A stretch of 64,000 nucleotides of DNA from an uncultured Pseudomonadota bacterium. GTDB lineage: Bacteria > Vulcanimicrobiota > Vulcanimicrobiia > Eremiobacterales > Eremiobacteraceae. The position numbers and the translations under genes were made by a program. Numbering within the stretch: position 1 is the stretch's first letter; the number at the start of each line of letters is the position of its first letter. A model generated the notes under the pieces. The model made no database searches. It saw nothing but the letters and a program-made list of their open reading frames with translations, and was not told the DNA's origin. Positions 30,184 to 39,553 of this stretch are shown piece after piece. Location: positions 192,001 through 256,000 of the forward strand of contig CAVTNB010000001.1 in the NCBI GenBank assembly GCA_963736005.1, in the 5' to 3' direction.

Positions 30184-31674
30184 ATGGAAAACCGGCACCT
30201 ATGGTTGCGAGAGTACGGCGGGCTTGTTGTGGCGCTCGTCGTCGGCGCTCTGTGCCGTTTTTGGGACTTGACCGGTCCAAGTCTCTTCATCGACGAAGGT
30301 TTTGTCTTTCACGCAAGCGATCGCCCCGTCCACGATGTGCTCATGATGGTGGCGTACAGCGATTTTCATCCTCCGCTCTTTTATCTTGTGACGCACTACC
30401 TCACGGGGCTCTTGCACTGGCCACTGTGGGACTACCGCTATTTGACGGCAGCCTTCAGCTTGTTGGGCATTGGGGCAACCTGGGCGATAGCCCGCCGCTT
30501 CTTTGGAACGACCGCTGCGTGGATTGCTGGACTGGCGCTCGCGTTGCAACCTGCGCTCATCGAGTGGGATCGTCTTTATCGCATGTACGCGGTGCTCGTC
30601 GCCTTGGGCGCGATTTCGTGGTGGTTGCTCGTACGAGCAGGCGACGCTCGGGGAAAAAACCGCTGGCTGTGGTGGACTCTTTATGCCTGCAGCGCGATCG
30701 CGCTCCCCTACGTGCATTACGTTGGGGCACTGGTCGTGCTGAGCCAGGGCTTGTATGCGGCGACGAGGCTGCGAACGATGTGGCCGGCCTTGGTCGGGGA
30801 CGCCTCGGCGGCCATTGCGCTCATTCCATGGCTGTGGGCGATTCGAATTCAATATCCGCACGGGGGCCTCGTGATTGCCATGAGTTCCTCCGAGTTTTCT
30901 TGGCCGCACGTGATCCGAGCATCGCTTGCCTATGGCATCCCCGCGGCATGGGTCATTCGGCCTGACTTTGATCTGCTCTTCAGCATCGTTGCCATGGGTC
31001 TGCTGCTCGCGGGAATCTACGCAGCCCGCGCGTCCGTCGTCCCCTTTTGGCTCTTTCCGATCGTCATTCAAGTGGTCGCATCGTTTGCCACTGGCAAAGA
31101 TCTTGTGATCCCACGATATCTCTACGTGTACGTGCCCGCGTTCTGTATCGCTTTCGGCGCGCTGTGCGCAGCGATCGCGGGGACGAGATACCGCGTGGCG
31201 GTTACGGCACTTGCGGCCGCTTACTTTGGAGTGGCCGCGGTCAGCATCCCCAACATGTTATTTGTGCCCTTTTATCAATTCCCGGACTGGTATCAGGTCA
31301 ACACGCTGCTGCTTGCGAACGAGCATAAATACGACCTGATTGTCCTCGACCAAGGCGCGGAATATTGGGTCGTCTATCAGTTTAGTGGTTTTTCCGGTCA
31401 CCAAATCGACGCGCCCGCGCTCCCGTCGGATCTGCCCCTCACGATGCGTTGGCTGGACGGCTATCCCAAACGTCGAGTTTGGTATATCGAAAACCAACCC
31501 GGTTTTACCGATCCGCATCGCACCCTCGAGCGCCATTTGGATGTGGAGCGCCGCCCCTTGCGCATGTGGCGGCAAAACAGAATTTTCACCGAGGATGTCG
31601 TGCGGATTATTCTTTACGGCCCGCGCGTTGTCGCCGCTGGTAAGAAAAGAGTGGTGACGACCGCATCTCCATAA
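30184..31674 (+). CDS. GT-C fold glycosyltransferase, pilus-locus paralog 2
   Basis: 'DEGF', 'SDFHPPLFY', 'HWPLWDYRY' shared with paralog 1, 'RMYA'. Confidence 0.87.
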   Translation: MENRHLWLREYGGLVVALVVGALCRFWDLTGPSLFIDEGFVFHASDRPVHDVLMMVAYSDFHPPLFYLVTHYLTGLLHWPLWDYRYLTAAFSLLGIGATWAIARRFFGTTAAWIAGLALALQPALIEWDRLYRMYAVLVALGAISWWLLVRAGDARGKNRWLWWTLYACSAIALPYVHYVGALVVLSQGLYAATRLRTMWPALVGDASAAIALIPWLWAIRIQYPHGGLVIAMSSSEFSWPHVIRASLAYGIPAAWVIRPDFDLLFSIVAMGLLLAGIYAARASVVPFWLFPIVIQVVASFATGKDLVIPRYLYVYVPAFCIAFGALCAAIAGTRYRVAVTALAAAYFGVAAVSIPNMLFVPFYQFPDWYQVNTLLLANEHKYDLIVLDQGAEYWVVYQFSGFSGHQIDAPALPSDLPLTMRWLDGYPKRRVWYIENQPGFTDPHRTLERHLDVERRPLRMWRQNRIFTEDVVRIILYGPRVVAAGKKRVVTTASP

Positions 31675-33065
31675 GCGGCTTCGGTTGATCGCCACGAGAC
31701 GCTGCGAGGGTGGCTTCGCAACAATGCATTGAATGCCAATCGGTTGGGGTCCGGTAGCTCCGTCTGGTAACCGATGTACCAAATTCTCGGCAAGCGCGCC
31801 GCCTGCGCACCGTAGCGAGCAGCCTCGGCTTGATTGGTCACCAAAAACATGGGGCGATCGCGCGTCGCCTTGGTGCCGACAAGCACGTAATACACCATGG
31901 ACCCATCAAAAACGACCCCGTCTTTTGGCTTCATCCTCGCGTCGAGAAATTTGCCGTACTCGGTCCAATCGACAGGCATGTACGATGACAGGAAGTGTTT
32001 GTCGATTGTCGCCGTCGCCATCATCACGAACAAACTCGTCAGAATTGCTATCGCGAGGGGCCGCAAGCGTTTGGTTTGCAACCAATCGCAAAAGATCACA
32101 ATGAAGAAGACGAGTGGCACGATGGCCTGCAGCAGGTAACGTTGGCCCAAGAGCAATTTTCCGGAAGCTAGGGAGTAGGCTACTTGCAACGCGATAGGGA
32201 CGAAGAGCGCCAGCGCTTCGAATCGGCGGCGCGCCGTCGCCACTGCAAGGCCACCAACAATGACGAGCCACAGCGCCGCTGCCGTCACGCCGGCGTATTC
32301 AATGTTCGAAGGCAAACCGTCAACCAACAAGACGGGCGGTGCACCCACCAGCTCCCAAAAATGACCTGCAAGCGCGTTGAACGCGGTCCCGCCGAGCGGG
32401 TACTGCTCCGCAAGTATCGGCAGCCATGGGACAAATGCGGCCAGTGCTCCCGCGCATGCGAACCAAAATCCCGGCGTTCGCCGATGCACGAGAGCCATGT
32501 ATGCCACTTGCCCAGCCACAGTAAAAAAAGCGAGGTATTGAGTGTAGAGCAACGCCGTCACGATGAGCCCATAGGCAAACCAGCGTCGCCCGCGATGCGG
32601 CTCGTCGAGAGCCCACAACAAGCAGGCCCAGCTGAGCATCGCGAGCGACCACAACATCGCGTACATGCGGAAAAATCCGTCGAAGAACGCAAGCACCGGA
32701 CTGATGGCGATGAGGAGCGCGGCGAGAGGGCCCCACGAACCAATGATGCGCCGACCAAGCGCGTACGTTGCCGCGACGCCCACGACGCCAATGAGCGCGG
32801 TGGCGATGCGAAACAGATAGACGCGCGAGGTGAGCGCGAAAAGAGCGTGACCAAGAACGTAGACGAGGGGTGGATGGAAATCTCCAGTTGCCAAAAGCAC
32901 GACGATCCCAGAGAGCGGGTGCGAGGCAATGAAGAACGTGAAGGCTTCATCCGGCATCGTCGAATGATGAAGCAGTCCGACGAAACGAGTGAGCACCGCA
33001 CAGACTAGGATCACCCAGAAGACGGGTTGACCTATCGGATTGGAAAGGCGAGTGGACTGTCCCAT
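31614..33065 (-). CDS. GT-C fold glycosyltransferase, pilus-locus paralog 3
   Basis: 'DEAF', 'GDFHPPLVY', 'RMYA', multi-TM. Confidence 0.87.
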   Translation of the reverse strand: MGQSTRLSNPIGQPVFWVILVCAVLTRFVGLLHHSTMPDEAFTFFIASHPLSGIVVLLATGDFHPPLVYVLGHALFALTSRVYLFRIATALIGVVGVAATYALGRRIIGSWGPLAALLIAISPVLAFFDGFFRMYAMLWSLAMLSWACLLWALDEPHRGRRWFAYGLIVTALLYTQYLAFFTVAGQVAYMALVHRRTPGFWFACAGALAAFVPWLPILAEQYPLGGTAFNALAGHFWELVGAPPVLLVDGLPSNIEYAGVTAAALWLVIVGGLAVATARRRFEALALFVPIALQVAYSLASGKLLLGQRYLLQAIVPLVFFIVIFCDWLQTKRLRPLAIAILTSLFVMMATATIDKHFLSSYMPVDWTEYGKFLDARMKPKDGVVFDGSMVYYVLVGTKATRDRPMFLVTNQAEAARYGAQAARLPRIWYIGYQTELPDPNRLAFNALLRSHPRSVSWRSTEAAYGDAVVTTLFLPAATTRGP

Positions 33066-33223
33066 CACTTAGATTGTCGGCAAGGTCGCTGTGGCGCCCG
33101 TCACCTTTTGCCGAAAACTGATACAAAGGGTCCTCAAGGAGACTCTTAATCTTGGTGATTGGGCACTTTACATGTGCATGCACCCAGCTTTTTGGCATCA
33201 TAGAAACGAATAGAACGAATAAT

Positions 33224-33658
33224 ATGAAGACTATGCAAAAGGGCTTCACCCTGATTGAGTTGATGATCGTCATCGCGATAATCGCAATCTTGGCGGCTAT
33301 TCTCATTCCGAATTTCCTCCACGCACGCGCGGAGGCTGTCACCGCGGCCTGCGAAGGAAACGAGAAGCAGCTCGCGACGGCTGAAGAGGAATACGCGGTC
33401 GACAATGGTGGGGCATACGCGTCGCTCGCCGTGCTAACCACTCCGTATCTAAGCGTCGTCGTCACCGATCCTGTGAAGAAGGGGAACGCCTACACGGTAA
33501 CGATTCCAGGCACCGGTTCTAACGGCTCGTATCAGATTTCCGACGCGGGAGGGCACGACTCGACCACCACGACGAGTCTGACCCAGACGGGGGGGGCGGC
33601 TTGCAGCGCATGTCGCTCTATCGTGTATGCTCAGGCATCGGGTATCCACGGAAATTAA
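33224..33658 (+). CDS. Type IV pilin 1 (144 aa)
   Basis: Class III signal MKTMQKG/FTLIELMIV with E5 and P22. Confidence 0.95.
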   Translation: MKTMQKGFTLIELMIVIAIIAILAAILIPNFLHARAEAVTAACEGNEKQLATAEEEYAVDNGGAYASLAVLTTPYLSVVVTDPVKKGNAYTVTIPGTGSNGSYQISDAGGHDSTTTTSLTQTGGAACSACRSIVYAQASGIHGN

Positions 33659-33677
33659 TGCAGAGAACGGCCGATAA
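33651..33677 (+). promoter_or_regulatory. Sigma28-like promoter upstream of pilin 2
   Basis: GAAA-N15-GCCGATAA (-10 equals the consensus). Confidence 0.55.
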
Positions 33678-33729
33678 CATATGAAGGGAAGCCTCTTCGC
33701 GTATGAACGAATGGCGCATTCCGCGCACG

Positions 33730-33745
33730 TGTGTCATATATCACG
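33730..33745. promoter_or_regulatory. CRP-like binding site upstream of pilin 2
   Basis: TGTGT-N6-TCACG, 8/10 match to TGTGA-N6-TCACA. Confidence 0.45.
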
Positions 33746-33944
33746 GGTTTTAGCGTCTAAGCAAGGTGCGGTTGGGCATTCCCTATAGTGGGGGAGAGGG
33801 CAGAAAACGCGCTTTTTGGTTCCGCACGAGATCACGGTCGATCTTTTGCGAGCGCGGCGCCGGTGGACCGGCGTCCCTTGATGGGCTTACAACTCGTCCG
33901 CTCACTCAACGTGAATTCACACAATCGAAAGGGTTAAAGTCTTC

Positions 33945-34379
33945 ATGAAGAAACTGCAAAAAGGGTTTACGCTCATCGAATTGATGATCGTGATCGCCAT
34001 TATCGCGATTCTCGCAGCCATTCTTATTCCGAACTTCCTCCATGCGCGTGCTGAGTCTGTCACCGCGGCCTGCGAAGGCAACGAGAAGCAGCTCGCCACA
34101 GCTGAAGAGGAATACTCAGTTGACAATGGCGGCGCGTATGCTTCGCTGGCCGTCCTCACGACACCATACTTGAGCGTCGTTGTGACGGATCCAGTGCACA
34201 AGGGCAATGCCTATACCGTGACGATCCCGGGTACGGGCTCCAATGGCTCGTATCAGATCTCGGACGCGGGCGGACATGACACGACCACCACGACCAGCCT
34301 CACGCAAACGGGCGGTGCTGCATGCGCATCGTGCGCATCCATCGTTTACGCACAGGCCTCGGGCATCCACGGTAACTAA
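33945..34379 (+). CDS. Type IV pilin 2 (144 aa), likely the major pilin
   Basis: MKKLQKG/FTLIELMIV; own long upstream region and a strong terminator. Confidence 0.96.
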   Translation: MKKLQKGFTLIELMIVIAIIAILAAILIPNFLHARAESVTAACEGNEKQLATAEEEYSVDNGGAYASLAVLTTPYLSVVVTDPVHKGNAYTVTIPGTGSNGSYQISDAGGHDTTTTTSLTQTGGAACASCASIVYAQASGIHGN

Positions 34380-34402
34380 AACGCTCGACGCGGAACAAAA
34401 GC

Positions 34403-34433
34403 AAAAGAGCCGGTCCCTGGACCGGCTCTTTTT
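34403..34433 (+). terminator. Intrinsic terminator after pilin 2
   Basis: AAAAGAGCCGGTCC/GGACCGGCTCTTTTT inverted repeat with T tail. Confidence 0.88.
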
Positions 34434-34464
34434 CGTTGAGCATTTGATGGGCTGGGCCATTGTC

Positions 34465-34480
34465 GGTGAGCGCAGTCACA
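34465..34480. promoter_or_regulatory. CRP-like binding site upstream of pilin 3
   Basis: GGTGA-N6-TCACA, 9/10 match to the CRP consensus. Confidence 0.5.
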
Positions 34481-34554
34481 CACGGTACCGACCGGTCATA
34501 CCGATGCCTAAATTGGGCATTAAGGATTTGGAGGACGCGAAGACGGGCCCACAC

Positions 34555-34989
34555 ATGAACACGCCACAACGGGGCTTCACCCTCATCGAGCTGATGATCG
34601 TGATAGCTATCATCTCTATTCTTGCCGCCATTCTCATTCCAAACTTCATGCACGCGCGTGCGGAGTCGGTGACTTCGGCATGCGAAATGAACGAAAAAAT
34701 GCTCGCCACAGCAGAGGAAGAATATTCGGTTGACAATGGTGGCCTCTATATCGCAATCGCGTCGCTCACCACGCCGTACTTGAGCGCCAACCTCACCGAT
34801 CCGGTCAAGAAGGGCAACACCTACAGCATCAACACTACAGTGGGGACGTACGGATCGTACCAAGTTTCCGATTCGGGCGGCCACGACTCAACCACGATGA
34901 TGCAAGTGATACAAGACGGATCCTCCGCTAGCTGCACGTCGTGCACGACCGTTTTGTGGGATCAAAACTCGGGCGTCCGAGGAAAGTAG
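34555..34989 (+). CDS. Type IV pilin 3 (144 aa, divergent paralog)
   Basis: MNTPQRG/FTLIELMIV; collinear with pilins 1 and 2. Confidence 0.95.
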   Translation: MNTPQRGFTLIELMIVIAIISILAAILIPNFMHARAESVTSACEMNEKMLATAEEEYSVDNGGLYIAIASLTTPYLSANLTDPVKKGNTYSINTTVGTYGSYQVSDSGGHDSTTMMQVIQDGSSASCTSCTTVLWDQNSGVRGK

Positions 34990-35014
34990 CGCGCAAGCCA
35001 CGCACCTGGACGGG

Positions 35015-35797
35015 GTGCCTGCCTTCTTCTATCCGGCAATCGCAAGCATCCTCGGGCTTTTGATCGGCTCGTTCCTCAACGTCGTCATCAGCCGCGTGCC
35101 GAGCGGCGAATCCATTGCGTCACCACCCTCGCATTGCCCAGCGTGCGGACATCGCCTGAGCCCCTGGGAGAACATTCCCGTCCTATCGTGGCTTGCGCTG
35201 GGTGGGCGATGTCACTCCTGTAAGGCGGAGATTTCAGCGCGGTACATGCTCGTCGAGCTTGCCACCGCCGCGCTGTTTGCGTTGGCCGCCGCGGAGTTTG
35301 GGCTAACCGTTTGGACTCTCGCGGTGTTTGTCTTGAGCGCCTTTGCGATCGTCACGCTCTTTGTCGATATCGATCATCTGCTGATCCTCGACGTTGTGAC
35401 GGTGCCTGTTGCGCTGGTTGGGTTTCTCGTGGCGTTGCTGGATGGCCGAGCAATCGACGCCCTCGAGGGCGCGGCCGTTGGGGTGGGGCTTTTCGGTCTC
35501 ATCTACCTCGCGACACGCGGTGCTGGTTTGGGATTTGGGGACGTCAAGCTTGCGGGCTGCCTGGGTCTCTATTTGGGTCTAGCGCACTCAATCGCCGCAT
35601 TTGCCGCAGCCTTCATCGTGGGAGCTCTTCTCGCGATACCGGTGCTCTTGACCCGAAAGCGCCGGGCCAAAGACGTGTTGCCCCTCGGGCCATTTCTCGT
35701 CCTCGGGGCCCTTGTCGTGATCTTTGCACCCGGACTTGTGTTCGGTCCATACGCTGCATACCAAGACATGCTGTACCGCCATATAGGCGGCGGCTAG
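35015..35797 (+). CDS. pilD: Prepilin peptidase (A24)
   Basis: 'GSFLNVVI.R.P', two CxxC, 'NIPVLSWL', 'GFGDVKL', 'LGPFL'. Confidence 0.95.
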   Translation: MPAFFYPAIASILGLLIGSFLNVVISRVPSGESIASPPSHCPACGHRLSPWENIPVLSWLALGGRCHSCKAEISARYMLVELATAALFALAAAEFGLTVWTLAVFVLSAFAIVTLFVDIDHLLILDVVTVPVALVGFLVALLDGRAIDALEGAAVGVGLFGLIYLATRGAGLGFGDVKLAGCLGLYLGLAHSIAAFAAAFIVGALLAIPVLLTRKRRAKDVLPLGPFLVLGALVVIFAPGLVFGPYAAYQDMLYRHIGGG

Positions 35798-35825
35798 GAC
35801 CGGTTTTCCAATGGTCACCTAACAT

Positions 35826-35865
35826 GGGCGACTTGACAGTCGCCCGCACCCTGGGCTGGGCTACA
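35826..35865 (-). repeat. Family-C-like REP hairpin
   Basis: GGGCGACTTGACAGTCGCCCGC resembles the reverse complement of the 3488 element; CTACA nearby. Confidence 0.6.
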
Positions 35866-35889
35866 CTGCTGGCCTGTGATTGCCGATAC
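35862..35889 (+). promoter_or_regulatory. Sigma28-like promoter upstream of the Crp-family gene
   Basis: TACA-N16-GCCGATAC. Confidence 0.5.
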
Positions 35890-35964
35890 TTGGGGACAGG
35901 CGCCGTTTTACGAGCGCCCGCGGCCGCCACTTCCTTCGTGCCGCAATTTTACGCTTGGAGTTTC

Positions 35965-36672
35965 ATGGCCGTGCAGAAGACTTTTGACAAACCGCTCGAT
36001 GCCACTCTCCTCAAGAAAGTTCCGCTGTTCGCGGAGTTCGGCGACGAAGATCTTGCGGCGATAGCCTCACTGGTTCAAACTCGCCGCTTTGCCAAACACG
36101 CGGTGCTCGTATACGAAGGGGATCCAGGCGATGCGCTCTACATCGTGGTGAAGGGAAATGTTGCCGTTACCCGGCTTTCCAACGAAGGCAAAGAAAGCAT
36201 TCTTTCCATCCTCAAAGAGGGTGATTTCTTTGGTGAGATGGGGGTCTTGGACGCCTCGCCACGATCGGCAACGATTAAGGCTCTGGGGGACGTCGAAGTG
36301 GCGATCCTATCGCGCAAGGATTTTCTCGATCTCTTAGGACGCAGTCCTCAAATGAGCTTGAGCTTGGTCATGACGCTTTCGTCTCGCCTGCGGGCGACCA
36401 ATCAGGCGATCCAGGCCGCGTCGTATCAGGATATTAGAACCCGACTCGCCGCCCTGCTTCTCAATCTCGAGAAGAACTTCGGCGAGCGAGTTGAGGGTGG
36501 CACGCGTCTCACTTTGCGGCTGACAAATCAGGAAATGGCGAACATGATCGGCACGACGCGCGAGACGGTCAACCGCATGCTCAACCGGTTTTGGGATGAG
36601 AAGCTCATCGATATGCGCACCGCAAACGTGGTCATCATGGACCACGATAAACTCCAGGCGATCCTTCACTAG
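35965..36672 (+). CDS. Crp/Fnr-family transcriptional regulator (cNMP-binding)
   Basis: 'GDFFGEM...PRSAT' cNMP pocket; HTH 'TNQEMANMIGTTRETVNR'. Confidence 0.95.
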   Translation: MAVQKTFDKPLDATLLKKVPLFAEFGDEDLAAIASLVQTRRFAKHAVLVYEGDPGDALYIVVKGNVAVTRLSNEGKESILSILKEGDFFGEMGVLDASPRSATIKALGDVEVAILSRKDFLDLLGRSPQMSLSLVMTLSSRLRATNQAIQAASYQDIRTRLAALLLNLEKNFGERVEGGTRLTLRLTNQEMANMIGTTRETVNRMLNRFWDEKLIDMRTANVVIMDHDKLQAILH

Positions 36673-36680
36673 CGGGTTTC

Positions 36681-36757
36681 TGTAGCAGCGCACCTTTAGG
36701 TGCGCTTTGCTTTGAAGCTGAGGGCGACTTGAGCGGACCTAAAGGTCCGCTGCTACA
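36681..36757. repeat. REPIN: inverted pair of family-A REPs
   Basis: TGTAGCAGCGCACCTTTAGGTGCGCT ... AGCGGACCTAAAGGTCCGCTGCTACA. Confidence 0.9.
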
Positions 36758-36847
36758 TACCCAATCGTGTCCCGATGGGTGGCATCGACAGTTCGTAAAC
36801 CTAGCACACACCCGTATCGTCCAGTAGCTTGTATCGAATAAACGTTC

Positions 36848-36875
36848 TAACATTGCGCTGCCGGGGTGCCGATGT
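36848..36875 (+). promoter_or_regulatory. Sigma28-like promoter upstream of pilM
   Basis: TAAC-N16-GCCGATGT. Confidence 0.45.
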
Positions 36876-36950
36876 TTTTTAGTGAGGTTATCTCTTTAGC
36901 CCCGTCCTCATATAGTTTATAACGGGACGGTTACGAGAGGCTCGGCGTCT

Positions 36951-38072
36951 ATGTCGTTCTTGAGCAAGCTGTTCGCGCGCGGATCCAACAAGTACGTTGG
37001 CATTGATTTCGGTTCTCACGAATTGAAGGCAGTTCAGTTCGGGTCATCCGGACGAGGTGCAGTCCTCGAGCATGTCTATCGCGTGAGCACGCCTGCGAAT
37101 AGCATCAAAGATGGTGTGGTCAGCGATCCACAACTCGTCGGTGAGGCGCTGCGCGCGCTCATCAGCGACGGTGCGTTCAGCGCGCGCAAAACGATTAGCG
37201 CGGTGTCCGGTCCCACGGTCGTCGTGCGCCAAGTGACCATGCCGGTCATGAGCGAGCGCGAGCTGCGGGAGTCGACCAAATACGAAGCAGAGCGGTTTCT
37301 CCCGTACTCCGTCGACGAAGCGCAAATTGACGCGAAGATTTTGGGAAAGACTGAGGACGGCCAAAACATGGACGTGCTCATCGTCGCCGCGCAAAAAGAC
37401 CTTGTCACCTCGCAAATGAGCGCGCTGCAGTTTGCAGGCTTAACCCCGTACGTGGTCGAGGTCGAGCCCTTCTCAATGGTCCGCGCAATGATTGCTCCGG
37501 AGGACGCGCAATTCGAGCAGAACATCGCTATTATCAACGTGGGAGCCGCGTCGACGAGCATCAACATCACCAAGGGTGGCTTCGTTCCATTCACTCGGAA
37601 CGTGCCCATCGGTGGTAACGCCATCACGAAGGCCATTGCCAACGGCTTGAACGTCTCCATGGACGACGCTGAAAAAATGAAGCGTGAAAAGGCACGAATT
37701 CTCTCGCAGCAAGATACTGGGCCTGTGCCGCCGACCGTGACTCGAATCTTCAACGTGATCACGCCGCCGCTCACCGAGCTTGTTACCGAGATTCACAAAT
37801 CGCTGGACTACTTCCGGACGCGCTTCCGCGGCGAAACGATCGAGTCAGTCATCCTGGGCGGCGGATCGAGCCGCTTGGAGAACTTGGATGCGTTTTTGAG
37901 TCACGAGCTCGGACTGCCCGTCGCCCCTGCGACGCCACTCGAACGCGCTGCCCACGATCCCGCAGATTTTCCCGCAGAGTTCTTGCGCGATGCTGGGCCG
38001 TCCATGATCGTCGCCGCTGGCTTAGCCAAGCGCGACTTGCAGGCCGAGAGCCGAACGGGAGCAGCAGCGTGA
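36951..38072 (+). CDS. pilM: Type IV pilus assembly protein PilM
   Basis: Actin-like 'VGIDFGS', 'EAERFLPY', 'VLIVAA', 'ILGGGSSRL'. Confidence 0.95.
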   Translation: MSFLSKLFARGSNKYVGIDFGSHELKAVQFGSSGRGAVLEHVYRVSTPANSIKDGVVSDPQLVGEALRALISDGAFSARKTISAVSGPTVVVRQVTMPVMSERELRESTKYEAERFLPYSVDEAQIDAKILGKTEDGQNMDVLIVAAQKDLVTSQMSALQFAGLTPYVVEVEPFSMVRAMIAPEDAQFEQNIAIINVGAASTSINITKGGFVPFTRNVPIGGNAITKAIANGLNVSMDDAEKMKREKARILSQQDTGPVPPTVTRIFNVITPPLTELVTEIHKSLDYFRTRFRGETIESVILGGGSSRLENLDAFLSHELGLPVAPATPLERAAHDPADFPAEFLRDAGPSMIVAAGLAKRDLQAESRTGAAA

Positions 38073-38102
38073 GCACGACGCGTTTGATCGAGGAGCACGC
38101 TT

Positions 38103-38681
38103 GTGATTGATATCAACCTACTTCCTTCAGCACAACGGCGGTCAGTTTTTACCTTCGACCGAGTGTTCTCTATCGGTCTGGTGGTGCTCGTGGCCGAGTT
38201 GCTGTTCGTGACGCTGTTCGACGTCTTCGAGAACATTCGAATCAACAGGTTGAACAGCGACATTGCAGCCTGGACGCAAAAAGTAGCGGTCGAACAAGCG
38301 GCGGTAAAAGAAGTTGACGATCTCCGAGACCAGGTCGCGCAGCTTCGAGCGAAAGCCGACCTGCTCGAGCGCATCAAGCAGAGCCCGCTGCAACTTGCAG
38401 AAATTCTTTCGGATATTGGGAACAACACGCCGCACGGCATGTGGTACAACAGCGTCAATGTTGCACATGCGACCGATGGCGGCAACGTGACGCTTTCCGG
38501 CGACACTTCGACCTATCGCGAAGTTGCGGACCTCATGTTGAACCTAGACGGGTCGCCCATTTTTGGGGACGCCGACTTGACAACGAGCACGCAAGCCGTG
38601 TCGCCAACTTCTCCGAATGGCGGTGACGTGGCGTTCTCCGTCATCGGAACGCTCAGCCCGGCGGTGATTGGACAACAATGA
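38103..38681 (+). CDS. pilN: Type IV pilus assembly protein PilN
   Basis: 'INLLP' motif, TM, coiled coil; follows pilM. Confidence 0.92.
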   Translation: MIDINLLPSAQRRSVFTFDRVFSIGLVVLVAELLFVTLFDVFENIRINRLNSDIAAWTQKVAVEQAAVKEVDDLRDQVAQLRAKADLLERIKQSPLQLAEILSDIGNNTPHGMWYNSVNVAHATDGGNVTLSGDTSTYREVADLMLNLDGSPIFGDADLTTSTQAVSPTSPNGGDVAFSVIGTLSPAVIGQQ

Positions 38682-39550
38682 ACCAGCAACAGAGTAACCT
38701 CAATCGCATTCTCATCGTTGTCGGCGTGCTCGCGCTTGTCTTAATCGGCGCGTACTTCATGGTGATCCAACCAAAGCTGACGCAAGTCGCCGCCTCGCAG
38801 GCACAGCTTGACAACCTCCAGTCGCAGTACACGTCTCTGAAGGCAGTCGCGGACCAAAAGCCGCTCTACCTCGGATTGATCAAGCAAGTGCAATCGCGTC
38901 TGACTGGCGTGGAATTGACCGCCGATCCGCGCGCATACATTCCCTCGTATCTCAAGCAGATCGAGGACCTCGCGACGCGCGATGGTTTGGTGGTGACGGC
39001 AGTCGTTCCGCAGCCACTGCCGACGCCATCGGGCTCGCCGACGCCCGCACCTGTTCCAACGGGTGCCAGCGCGCTGCAAAACGCGCCGATTATCGGCCAA
39101 CCGCTCGCGCGTGCTGGCAAAGCGCTGAATGCATCAAACACGCAAGCGGAATCGGAAAATGCGCAAATGCCGCAAGGTGGCGCCCAGACCGCGATGACTG
39201 GTGCGACTCCGGTGCCGGGTGCTTCGGGTGGCGCAGCCGGAAATCCGACGGTCAAGGCCGGTGCGAGCATGTCGCCGCGCGTGAACGCAATCGTGTACCT
39301 CAATCAGTCCTTCCAGCAGGTTCCAATCAACATGGAATTCTCAGGCAACTACACAGACTTACAAAAATTCCTACGCGACCTTAACAAGTTTCCGAAGCTC
39401 ATCGGTGTGGGTAACGTCGTGTTGACGTCCACGCGCGCCGATGTTGGCGTCACGCCTAAGTTGCATATCGTTCTGCCCATCGTCGCGTACCGCTTGAGCC
39501 CAAGCGGGCCGCCACCGCAGGCGACGCCGGCTCCAGCAGGGGGTCAATAA
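38678..39550 (+). CDS. pilO: Type IV pilus assembly protein PilO with a Pro/Ala-rich insertion
   Basis: N-terminal TM, coiled coil, 'VPINMEFSGNY.DL.KFL..L...PKLI.V'. Confidence 0.88.
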   Translation: MNQQQSNLNRILIVVGVLALVLIGAYFMVIQPKLTQVAASQAQLDNLQSQYTSLKAVADQKPLYLGLIKQVQSRLTGVELTADPRAYIPSYLKQIEDLATRDGLVVTAVVPQPLPTPSGSPTPAPVPTGASALQNAPIIGQPLARAGKALNASNTQAESENAQMPQGGAQTAMTGATPVPGASGGAAGNPTVKAGASMSPRVNAIVYLNQSFQQVPINMEFSGNYTDLQKFLRDLNKFPKLIGVGNVVLTSTRADVGVTPKLHIVLPIVAYRLSPSGPPPQATPAPAGGQ

Positions 39551-39553
39551 GTC

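Noticed and set aside
31614..31674. Functional significance of the 61-nt convergent overlap between GT paralogs 2 and 3
   Set aside because: Short tail-to-tail overlaps are common and nothing in the sequence points to a regulatory role
33159..33190. c-di-GMP-II riboswitch upstream of pilin 1 (TTGGGCACTT word)
   Set aside because: The downstream GAG..AGTAGTGCAACCG block and kink-turn elements are absent
33224..34989. Geobacter-type electrically conductive pilins
   Set aside because: Full-length 137-aa mature pilins with low aromatic content; no aromatic residue at positions 27 and 32
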